This document shows positions 11,757 through 22,841 of a stretch of DNA of 64,000 nt, one piece after another. Within the stretch, counting starts at the first letter, position 1; each line of letters starts with the position of its first letter. The notes under the pieces were generated by a model. That model saw nothing but the letters and a program-made list of their open reading frames with translations, had not been told where the DNA came from and did no database searches. Position numbers and translations under genes: made by a program. The stretch lies in assembly GCA_964106645.2 (NCBI GenBank), contig OZ067044.1; one strand, written 5' to 3'. The DNA is from Podarcis pityusensis (lineage: Eukaryota).

Positions 11757-14700
11757 TATAGGATTGCGCGCTAACTTGTCAGGAAATCTCTCCGCTTTGG
11801 CGACCCCTAGTGGATAAGGTGAACGTCGGTCAACATCTCCTGCTTCAACCAAGCAGTGAAACTCCTTGGTGGGGGGGGCAGCAGGCTAGTTCTTCTGTGA
11901 GTGCCTTACCCTACCTATTAGTCAGCACTAAGGCTAAATCCGACCCCAAAAACTCTGGCCTGCATAAAGGTTCCGCCCTGGAACACGCAAACGCTGCAAA
12001 CCCACTGCACATTTACGAAGTCTGTGTTCACACGGTACGTTTAAAGCATTGTTCTAAGCACGTTCTTTCCCTCAAAGAATTCTGGGCTCTGCAGTTCGTT
12101 AAGGGTTGCGAGGATTTGTAACTCTGTGAGGAGCAGACTGCGGAGCCCAGAAATCTCTGGGGGTGGGGGTGGGGGAGATAATGTGCTTTAAATGTATAGT
12201 ACACAGACTAAGAATAACTACTATTCACTGCAACTGGAGGTGCCGAAGACTGAACGTGTTCTAGGGTCCCTGCCCTCTTATTTACCCAGGAGTAATTGCG
12301 TTATTTCCAATGGCAGTTACGTCTAAGAAAACCAGCGTAAATATCGGAATCCTAGATTGCATAATTTATGTTAGCACCTCAAACAAGTAGAGCCTGACAC
12401 CCACGTCAGTGGGTGCAGCGTTTGCCCTTTTCTAGGGTTGTAATCCACCCCAAAGCATGGTTTTGGAGTAACTCTAGTAGAACACTTACAGCCGGGTTTC
12501 AGGGAGATCTCACCGGAGTAAAAGGCTTGCAGAGCAACATTCGTGCCCGATAAACGTCACGGGCTGGAAGGTTGCGCGGGACGCAAAGCGAAGCGCTCGT
12601 TGAATCCCATTGACTTCAATGGACGCTTCACATTCCAGTTAAAATCAAAGGGACTTCAAGGTGGTTTGCTTTGAATGCATAGCTTGAGTCTTTTCGGATT
12701 TGTTTTTTTATGATTGTGTATTTAAAACGTTTTTAAAAAATTTCCTGAGGGGGAAAAAGCAACACTCATACAAAACACTTGGGAAAGTGTGTTAAAGACA
12801 GGAAAACCCAAGTATAACATGGATTGCATTTTAACATGGTATATAATTTCGCTCTGTTTACTAACACTGACCTACCTCTCAGGGTTGTCTTGAGGGTGAC
12901 AGCATAATTCACGAGGGTTACTCTAAATGTACATATTATTTATAACTAATGCTCAGATTATATGTTAAAGATAAGTAAACAAAAAACTGGATAAGAGAGG
13001 GTTCATATACAATACATAGAAGCCTCTTTCCCACTGTAATGTGAAAACCCGGAGGGGCGGGGCGGGGTGTGTATACACACATATATAAATGCAACACACA
13101 CACACACACACGTACGTATATCTATGGACAATTAGTCCTGCCTGAAGGCGTATCAGTCTCCCTTATAAGCAAAAAACCGAGGCTTGTTTACTTCCGAGTA
13201 AATATGTTTAGGATCGAGCCGTCACCCACTGGTCTTCAGCTCCGCATTGCCTCCAGGTAAGTGGGTTTGTCGCTATAGCGAGGGCAGTAATGTGAGCAAC
13301 AACCCGTCCTCTCTATCTAGCGCTCAAATTCCACATCCAACCTCATTCAGTTTAGACTTTAACATGTTCCGAGATCCAGATCCGGTTGCTTGTCTGGATT
13401 GCTCGTGACCCAGAACTTTTTTTTTAAAAAAACACCCCTTTCCTCCACCCCCAAATTCATCACGTGAAGTGAACGGACAGGGCCACGATCTCTATCCAAA
13501 AGGCAACTCCGGAGGTAAACCCTGCCCTGAGAATCTTTGCGCAGAAGCAGCGCTGAGTCCAATGGGGTTCACCTCAATCCCCTTCGCTTTCTACGGAGGC
13601 GTATTTGAGCCTCCCCCGCTGCAACCCGTGGACGTTTCACGATGGAAAACAGTGGGAATTCCCAGCTGAACTTCTAGCCCATTTATAAGGATCCTTGTTG
13701 AACAGGGAAGTTCTTTATGGAAAGTATTATTGCCGTCCCTCTGATTTTTGAGGGTGATCATTCCGCAACAAAAGGCTAAGGAGTGGACGCTTCTATAAAC
13801 TGCCTCAAACACTTCCCTATATGCGCAATCTTATACAACTCTACCCCGAAGAAACTCAATGGGAGTTCAAGGGGCTTCCAGATAAATGGATATAGGATTG
13901 TAGATAATGTCTTTCCTTCTAATGTCTTTTCTTATTTTGGGGGGAGAGAAGAAAATTACTCAGCAGACAATGGATTTATTGAGGGAGGGCATCTTGCTCC
14001 ACGGACAGCCTTTGCCAATATTCAAATACGTTTTAAGTCACAGATGAAGCTGCATTTTGAAGTGTGTCCTCTGGTTTCCTCGCCTCGGTCCCTCTCCCTG
14101 CACAAGTATTTATACGGTTTTACCTCCAGGGCGGATTAAACTTTTGACAGGACGGATAAGTGGTGATTTCGCCTCCTTTGATGCCGGGATTGCTGTGTAA
14201 ACAGAAGGAAAATCTCAGGCTGATAATGGCCATGCCTCCGCAGCAACTTGCGAAAGCTTACAGAACAATCCTCCCGCTCCAATTGCGCCGCAGGGGAGGG
14301 GGAAGAAACGCCGCCGCCCCCTCCGCGCGCGCACTTTGAAAGGATCCACAGAAGAAAGAATCTCTGGACAGGGGGTGAGGACCCAGTGCTGGGTTAGTTG
14401 TATTTGTTGGCGGATGTAAACCAAAATACTGGGGATTAAACCAGTTTTAATCCCTTGCCCCCCATTGGGCTTTAGTTTAACGGAGTTAGATCAGGCTGCC
14501 TGGAAGGTCGAAGTCCACGCCTGTTGGCTGCCGCGACTCCACTTCCGGACAACTGGTTATCTGTTTAGGATCGGGCGCAACGTTCTCTTCTGCGGGGATG
14601 GCAGTTCTTAGCCAGTTTCTAGGTAGCAAATGAGAGGGTGCGAGAGAAATAAAATTATACGTTATAATCTCACCGGGTTTTTGGATTAAACGCACAATTC

Positions 14701-15911
14701 ATGGGTCAAGGATATGGGGCCTGATCATAGGCCGCCGCTTGGACCACTTTTCCGAAAAGGTTGTGGCCTTTTACGGTCCTATTATGCAGGTTTCCTCTGG
14801 AATAAGTCCCAGTAGAGTCAAAGGTACTTACTCCCAAGTAGCAGCCTTAACAACAACGACAACAGAACCATAAACCAAAGGAGGAGCTGGTAGGCGATAT
14901 AGTAGTTTTTGCCAATATATTGCGGGTGACGTGGAGGACTCAGACTTCATACAGTGTACTGGGGCCATACAACCCCCTGACACCCTTGTGTTCACATGTA
15001 TGTTACATGAGTGGGAACCAGCGGTTTCAGAGCTGCAACCTGGGAAAAGATCAATGAAATCCGAGGAGATTTAGGCAGGCACGACGACCCAGCCAGCCAA
15101 CTATTTTTATGTCTTCTTGATTTCGAAGAGAGGCAGTGAATCCCCCAGCTGAAGCCAAAGAGATCTAAAACAGTTCATTGTTGGGTGGATCGTGTCCTTT
15201 CTCCTTTCAGTTATATCTGTATAAGTATCAAGATTAGATTTTGGCTAGTCTGCACTGAGTACTGTGGAAGAAACCTACTGAACGCAGCAGTTTAATTTTG
15301 CTCAATTAATTTTGCTACGAGGCAAGCCCTCCCCTCGAGGCTTACAATCTCCAAGGTGCAAAAGTGTAGGTTCCTTTGAGGTGTCACCTTCAACCTCCTT
15401 TCCACTGCCAAAGAGGCGCGTTTATGGTTCTTTCCCAGATCCTTGCTAACTTTCCCCCGCCCTCCTCTTTTTTTTTTTTTTTTTGGCCCAGGGTAGAATC
15501 CCACCTTTGAGAGCGGGAGAGAATTTAATGCATTGTCTCTACCTTGCCGGCTGTTACAGTCCGACGACCTAAACGTATCTAACCTCGTGTAATGCGGATC
15601 GCGTGTTTCCCGGTTCACTCTAACTGCAGCCACAAACTGCAGCAGGTCGCCCCGAGGCGCTGGGACTGGGATGAAGTCGAATAGTTTCTGCATGGGCGGG
15701 GCTAGGCTGAGAAATTCCTGGGACCCTCCATCTACGATGGTCCGCGCGATTCCCCGGGAGATTGGATTCAATCCACACAGCCTAAGGGTATTTTCTGCCT
15801 CGGACCCCCATCCTAAGACTAGCTTGGAAATGATGTCCTGTTGAATTGATCTTGGCGCCGATCCAGGTGAAGTTATTGACGACTCGGTTTCCATGGAGCA
15901 AACTGCATCCA

Positions 15912-15996
15912 GGGCTGCAATACGCATTTACCTCCGAGTAAATCCCTTTGGATTCAGTGGGACTTCCTTCGGGATAGATAGGCATAGGATTGAATC
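15912..15996. mobile_element. Representative of a dispersed ~80-90-bp palindromic (Chompy/Harbinger-MITE-like) family
   Basis: GGCTGCAAT...ATTTAC...GAGTAAATCCC.TTG..TTCAGTGGGACTT...GCATAGGATTG. The same architecture recurs about 25-30 times in the window by my count. Confidence 0.65.
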
Positions 15997-17154
15997 TGGC
16001 TTCAGCAGGAATAGGGAGCAAGACTAGGACCAGTATGTTGTTCTGACGACGATCACCCAAAGTCCAACATTAGCCCAGATTCGTGGTCCCCCACGTAACT
16101 GGGGGAAGCCGCAGCGCCTAGCACTATTCTTGGCTCTAAATGTATGTTAAACAGTAGCTGCGCGACTCACACGGACTAGCGCCTCAGTCACATTTATTTG
16201 CTTGGGGCAGATTTGCGCTTAGCTTAGCCCACATACTTCAGGGCTGTGAGGTTTTGTTGTATTTTTGTAAATGCAACCGTGAGGTCTACCAATCGGAACA
16301 GGGTGCAAAATAGTGACTCAGTTAACAAGTAAGTAAAGATGTGCCTCTAAGAAGACGAGGAGCTAAAGAATGTGTGATCAGTACCAGAATCAAGCTCTTA
16401 AGTCATCTGACATTAAATAAGTCAGTCAGTCCACTCCTGCTCCCCCCACCCCATAAACGCCCTTCCCCTAGCAAACTAATTTTGCTGCTCTTGGGATTTG
16501 GAAACCCTTGCTGATCTAAATCATCCAGAGATCCACCAGTAGATCCCAAACTACCTTTTGCTCATCCTGACGAGAAGCAAGATAAGAGGGTCATAACATT
16601 CTAAGAATGCAGAGAAAACTTTTTCCTACTTGTCCCATATACTCAAATGCAACTGATTGGCCGTCAGTTGCAGACTAATGAGATTGCCGCACACCAGAAA
16701 CTCGTCCGTGTGTAGGCTGCGATCCTATGCCCACAGATTTGGCAGTAAGACTCGCTGAGCTCAAAGGGTCGCTAGATGTGGCGATAGCCGCTGGTTTAGA
16801 CGGCTAAAAAAAGAGATGTGTATGGGGGGGGGTGTCTATCGCGGGGTTTTCCAAACGGAATGATAACTCAGTGGAAGCTCCACTAATATCTTGCTGGGAA
16901 TCAGCAAGGAAAGGTTGCCAGTTTCCTGTTCTAACAGGCAGAAACTGGAAAAGTGGAATATCGGGTGAGTTTCATACATTCTTGAATCAAATTTCCATTG
17001 CTTGCAATAGGAATTTATAATCCAAGCAATTGGTTGGTGGTTCACAAGGACCCTACTGCATCCCAGTAAAGGGTCTGAAGTCCCCGCTATTATTATTTTT
17101 TAGCAGATGCCCAAAATAGAACACTACGGGGGTCGGAGCCGACTTGCACCCACA

Positions 17155-17222
17155 ACTATTATTATTATTAATATTAATATTTATACCCCGCCCATCTGGC
17201 TGGGTTTCCCCAGCCACTCTGG
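17155..17222 (-). mobile_element. Extremely 5'-truncated L2-type tail
   Basis: (ATT)n followed by ATACCCCGCCCATCTGGCTGGGTTTCCCCAGCCACTCTGG, nearly identical to the 7341 copy. Confidence 0.75.
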
Positions 17223-18500
17223 TCAGCCTTCCTCCGTTGGGAAAAAGTTCCTAACGACTCTCACCTGTTGCAGGGCCCTCTGAACAGCCTACCCTTCAGC
17301 GGGGTAAACCTGTTCGCGATATTTCTGTACCTCGGGAGAAATCGGGCAGACCCGGACGCTTCTTTTCCGATTAAACGGCGTCCTCTCGCCCTCCTCCAAG
17401 GGTTTAGAGCCGCTTAATATAACTTTTTTTATAGGACGGACCAGGTGCAGAGGGAAAATGTGATGCCACAGAGATTCGCACATGGGACCGGATCTAATCG
17501 GAGATCTAATCCGTTTCCTTTCCTGCTCGTTGATTTTAAAGGCTTGCCAGTGGGCGCTGGTGGGACTGAGACTCACAAGGGATTTCGGCCGGAGACCTTT
17601 GAAACCAGCAATCCTAATGGAGAATTGGTCAGGGGGGGAATCGGTGAGCTGGATTCATTCAGAGCATAGCTTGGTTCTGAGCCCTCCTGGCGTTCAAAGC
17701 ACCTTGATGAAGATGATGGTGGTGATAGTCATAAGTGGCTGTTTCGTTGCAAATATCTGGCTGGGGCCCGGATTTCTACTTCCCAGCCCGCCCTGCCCCC
17801 TCCGCAGGGATAGAAATCTCGTAATTGCTAATCGGATGAACTCTTTGCCCTTCGGGAAAATAAAGGACGCTCCCTTAAAATAAAATTTAAAAATCGCTTA
17901 GCTACCTGAACCCCACTTTAGGGCACGTGCAAAACCTCCCTCCTTTGGGGAAAGGGATCGTTTCCCAAGAAGAAAGAATCCCCTTGAGAAAAACTTGTGT
18001 AAAAACTAGGGCCCCGATCCGCAACCCAACGCAACTGATGTGGTTCTGGTGACTTAAAGGGTCTCTCATTCCCTGCTTAAATTGGGGTTGTTTTGAGCAG
18101 CAGTGGTACAGTTAGGGCGCTGTGGGCTTTGATTCGTGGTCCCGCGAGGAGGGGAGGGCGCGAGTTCCCTTTTTAGACAGGTGAGGTGTATTGCTTCAAA
18201 ATGTGAGAAGCCGGACCTGTTGCCTTTGGGAAGCTCTCCTGCTCCTTCTGCTGGTTTTGGTGGGGCCTGGATTTCCGTCCCAAGGTCGTGCGCCCTGAAG
18301 GCATCACTGGTGAATAGGATCCAAAGAGGGTCTACGACCCCGATCAAGCTAGAGGGCACTTTAGTCTCCTTGACTCGGAGGAGGCAGATCCATAAATCTG
18401 TTAAGCAGAAGCAGCAAGGTTTACGCCTGCTAGGTTGCATTGCTTTCGAGAAGAGTATTCAGGATCAAAGCGCGCCTTCAGTCAAATCCTACATACATGG

Positions 18501-18654
18501 NNNNNNNNNNNNNNNNNNNNNNNNNNNNNNNNNNNNNNNNNNNNNNNNNNNNNNNNNNNNNNNNNNNNNNNNNNNNNNNNNNNNNNNNNNNNNNNNNNNN
18601 NNNNNNNNNNNNNNNNNNNNNNNNNNNNNNNNNNNNNNNNNNNNNNNNNNNNNN
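18501..18654. other. Assembly gap
   Basis: Run of N. Confidence 1.
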
Positions 18655-20399
18655 CTGAAACTCAGAAAACGAGACCATGCAACTGTTCCCCATAATTCTG
18701 AAATTGACCAAAGTCTCTCTGTCTACCCAGAGAGAATCACCTCGCGGCTATGCAGGTTCTTTCCCGTCCTTCTTTCCAGGTATTTAGGGAGAGGGCAGAA
18801 TCTACAGACGCCACTGACCCTAAACTTTTTACGGAGCTACTCTAGAGTAAAACTTATTTCCTAGCCAAAGCGGGCGCCCATCTGGTCGGAGATCCGGCTC
18901 ATCGCATCAAGACCAGAGCTGAAAAGGAGAAAGGAGAGTGACTCTCTTTTTATTACCACATTTCCCTTTCCACCTACAAAGTTTCGTCTGCACAGTTCCG
19001 CGCAGATCTCTCGTCGGATACTTGCACACAATGGCGTCACAGGAAATGCGGCTCCCCCCTTTTTTTAAACTCTCGGGAAAAGAAGGCTTTGAAAACTCCT
19101 AGACCTTGTCTTAAGATTTCTTATTTATTTATTTTGTGGGAGGAAGTTTAACATTTTGTGGAAAGTCTCTGAAAGTTGGTAAAAGGAAAACTACAGTTTG
19201 CGGTGATCTGCTCTGGCTCTGCTGCTCGCTCGCCGTAATTAGGTGAAAAATATCCTTTCATACATTTAAGCAGACCCAGCTCCTTCTGGAACAATAGTGG
19301 AAGCCCCTTGTTCATTATGGGAAAGTGAAGTCAGACGCGTTTGAAAAGACCCCGAACACTTAAACCCTTAAAAGATGCCGCTTTTAGTTGTCTTATACCC
19401 CATTCCCTTATCACTCCAACAGCTGCACTGTTTCGGTAAACAGAGACTGTGCAGAATTTAACAACTCGATCCACAATTTGAATTAAACCCATGAACGGCG
19501 ACGATTTAACAGAATCGTGTAGCAACTGGAACCCGCAATTCTTCCGCGTACGCAGCACTGCTTTTACTGCCTCCCGCGCCCCAGGCTTAGTTTTCCAAAA
19601 AGTCTTAACTGTCTTGCTAACGGATACCGAACACATTTTAAAACAATCCCCGCTTTATTTGAACGCGAGAGATCCGGTGTATATCATCTCTGCTGCTGCT
19701 CTGGCCCTCAACTCGTCCTACAGCCCCGGCTATTTTGCGCCGAAGCCGATTGAGTTCCAATCCGGACTCGACGGGCGCTTCTGCGCAAGTGGGTCGTCTT
19801 GGCAAAGAGCCGTTGAAAGGATGCCGCGCAGACAGAGCCGCGCGGCCCGCCATCAGAGCCAGCGGACGGGGAATCCTCGCCAGTCATGTCTCAAAGCCGG
19901 GGCAAAGAAGGGGTGTTCTGGAGAGCAATTGCCCTCTGTTGGAAGGGGGGGGGGGTTGCTTGTCCCAGCAGACAGCCTCTCTCTAGCGAAGTCTTTATTT
20001 TCCCCGAGCAACAGGAGACCTAAAGCACCCAAATCTGCAACTGAACCCCTGTGGCAGCTGCTTTTTCGGCACACAACTCCTCGTCTCTCCTTATGTCGGT
20101 TGTTGCCCCCCTCCCTCCCCCCACCCCAGCTCAAAATCAGGTTGCCCAGCAGCGCCGGCTCCACGCTCCGGATCTCTGGGGCTCGCGGGAGTTAGTTGCC
20201 GGTCTCCATCTCTCTCGCTCTCCTTTTTCTTCGCCCACCCACCAATATACACCCAATTTCACTCCCCTGGCTTTTCTCCACACTGCAGGAAAGCCAGACA
20301 ATAGGAGGAGAGTGGGGGCGAGGGAAGAAAGGCGACGAGAGGGGAAAGAGGAATCCCAGCAGCTCCTCTGACTCCCTGCTGTTTTGATCCCCTCCAGGA

Positions 20400-20703
20400 G
20401 GAGATCAGGACGGCTCCCCGGAGGTGGGAAGTCAAGAAACTCCGCTCCAGAGAGCTGCTGTTTGCTATAAATCCATCATCCGCGGAGACAGGTTGCGAGC
20501 TCTGGAAGGGAGCTGGTCGAAATGCATTCCTGCGCCAGTGCGCAGGCGCGGGCAGGCAGCACCCTGCCTTTTTTTTTTGACCAGGTGAGCTCCTCAGGCA
20601 GGTAAAAGAAGGCTTTGCCTAAAGAGATCGCAGGAGAGGCAGGCGGGCAGATCACTCCTTCCATGACCGGCAGGGACCTTGTGATAGGCAGCCCGGAGCC
20701 AGA
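20400..20703 (+). promoter_or_regulatory. Distal first-exon promoter and leader
   Basis: TATAAA at 20466-20471, NRF1-like TGCGCAGGCGCG at about 20539, AP-2-like TCCTCAGGC at 20591-20599, CpG-rich. Confidence 0.6.
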
Positions 20704-20736
20704 ATGTCACTCCTTGCGAAAATGGGAGACTGGCAG
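20704..20736 (+). CDS. TFAP2A: TFAP2A distal alternative first coding exon (MSLLAKMGDWQ)
   Basis: ATGTCACTCCTTGCGAAAATGGGAGACTGGCAG|GTAACG, 11 codons, phase-0 donor. Matches the human alternative N-terminus MSILAKMGDWQ. Too short for the ORF track. Confidence 0.95.
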
Positions 20737-22736
20737 GTAACGCGATTTCTCTTCTCTTCTCTCCACCCCCGCCCGCCTTTGCTTTTCTTCCTCGTTTTGT
20801 CTGGGGGTTAAGGATAGGGAAAACTAGGAGGCTCGGATCCAGACCCAACAGACGAAGAGCGACTTGGGGTTCCTCTCTCGGGGCATTTTGGGGAGGGCAA
20901 GCCACCTAATAAGGACAATTCACAGCGCGTAAAATTGTTTGCGTAAAGGAGACCTTTGATGGCCGCTCAACAGGTGGGGGAAGAGAGCCCACCGAGCAAC
21001 AAACGGCGCCACGGGCTTCCTTGTCCACGACAATCGCCCCCAGCAACATTTCGAAAGAAACTTGCCGCGTGATCGCTGTTGGTGTTAAACCACCACTGAT
21101 CTGGCAAACCGGTGGTGGAGTTCTCCTGTAAACTGGTTCTCTTTATGTTGGTCGCCGAAAACTGGTTTGTGTGAAAGGTTTTTTAAAAGGTTTTAACAGA
21201 CCCAGCCTAAGTTTTGCAGGAGTTCCAACTCTTTAAAGTGCTCCAATTCTGAGCACTTTCAAAGGCGAACGCTGCTCCGCGCTAGACTAGGCCTCGCAAG
21301 CGTTTACTGGGTGAAAGGTAGGGGCCTTCTTTTCCAAAGGGAATAAGGGTTGGGAAACTCTCCCTCTCCGCGTCGAACTTCCATGCTCAACCTGTGGCCG
21401 AACTTGCGCCGCTTCCTTGTGGCTCGCGCCTTTTTTTTCCGATTTCAGGCCCCGCAAACAGGGAAAAGTGAACTCGGTGCGCCATTGAAACCGGTGGCTT
21501 TTGCTCTTCGGGTAAACGATCCCGAGGAAGTTAAAATTCAGCTCTTGCCTTCAGTTCTTTTTATTCCGAATGGTTTTTCAGTACCCCAGTTATCCCTTGG
21601 GAACGACCGTAAACGGGGACCCCATTGACTTCACTGGAAAGGTTTACCAGAAGCTAAACTCTCTCCAACTGAAGATCTCCCGGGACTTAAGAGTGCTTAA
21701 CTTTGGCTGAATCATGGAGAGCAATCCTATATCTTTAAGGCATTTGCTGGGGGGGGGGGCACACACCTGACATTTGTTTGAATGGAGCATAATTTACCTA
21801 TAAGAAACCTGATCCTAAGCACACTTCCGTGGAAAATGTGTTCAAATGAGGCTGGATAAAAGTTAAGGTTTTTTGTTTTGTTTTCCTATTTTGTCCCTAT
21901 TTAACAGAATGGCATTGGCTTAAGTACAGCTATGCAGATATTGATCGGGTCGCAAATAGTGTATGTATAGTATTCTGAGCCTAACCCCCTCGGACTGATT
22001 CCTCCCTCCCCCCCCCCCCGCGAGACGGGTAGCCATCCAAGTAGATCTTATTCCGGACTAGTCCCAGTTTCATCTTAATCATGCTTTCCCCATAGCGCTG
22101 TACAAACACTACAAACAGTATGGAGATTGTCACAAAAGGTGTGGGCTTTGCAGCACCCCTTCCCCACTAATTCTAAGGAAGGAAGCGCCACTGATTTCAG
22201 CTCAAGGGGACAGAAGACCCCAAGCGATTGATTAAGACCCCGCGTTTTCCTTACATTCCCAGGGCCGGCCATTCTTTCCACTTACTCCCAAGTAGTCGCC
22301 TGTGGCTCTGAAGTCAACTGGGACTCATCCAGCCGCTATCAGGCGGGCAACAGAAGGAAGGCGCTGCGAGGGAGAGGGAGGGGAAGGCGACGCGGCGCCT
22401 TGAGGCCCTTCGCTCGCAAATCTTTATAGATACGCGCGTGTGAGTGCGCGCGCGAGTGTGTGTGCTTAGGTCGGTTTTCTGCAGCCACCTGGTGAACTAC
22501 TACCACTAGCTTCGGTTCCTGCGAGGGCTTGAAGCCCTGTCCGGGAATGCAATTCCCCGAGTCTTGCAAAAGCTGCACGCCTCTAGCTCTCTGTTGGGTT
22601 TCGCAACCGCCGAAGTCTTCGGCGGGAGGGAGCACCCAAAGCTTTGCGAAGTTCCCACACGGCTGTGCCGCCAAGGAGGCCGGTTGGACGGATTCCCTCT
22701 CTCTCCGGCAGCGGAAGAGAGGAGAGGAGCGGAGAA

Positions 22737-22841
22737 AGAGAGAGAGAGAGAGAGAGAGAGATCCACCCCCTTCCCGTGCGTCCGTGCAACCCGCAGTAGT
22801 ATTGAGTTGTGTGTGTGTGTGTGTGTTGGGGGGGGGGGGGG
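22737..22841 (+). repeat. (AG)n, (GT)n and poly-G cluster
   Basis: Direct reading. Confidence 0.85.

Noticed and set aside
15292-20195. ORFs of 211, 242 and 234 aa upstream of the gene
   Set aside because: No recognisable domain or exon structure; they cross homopolymers, repeat relics or an N gap.
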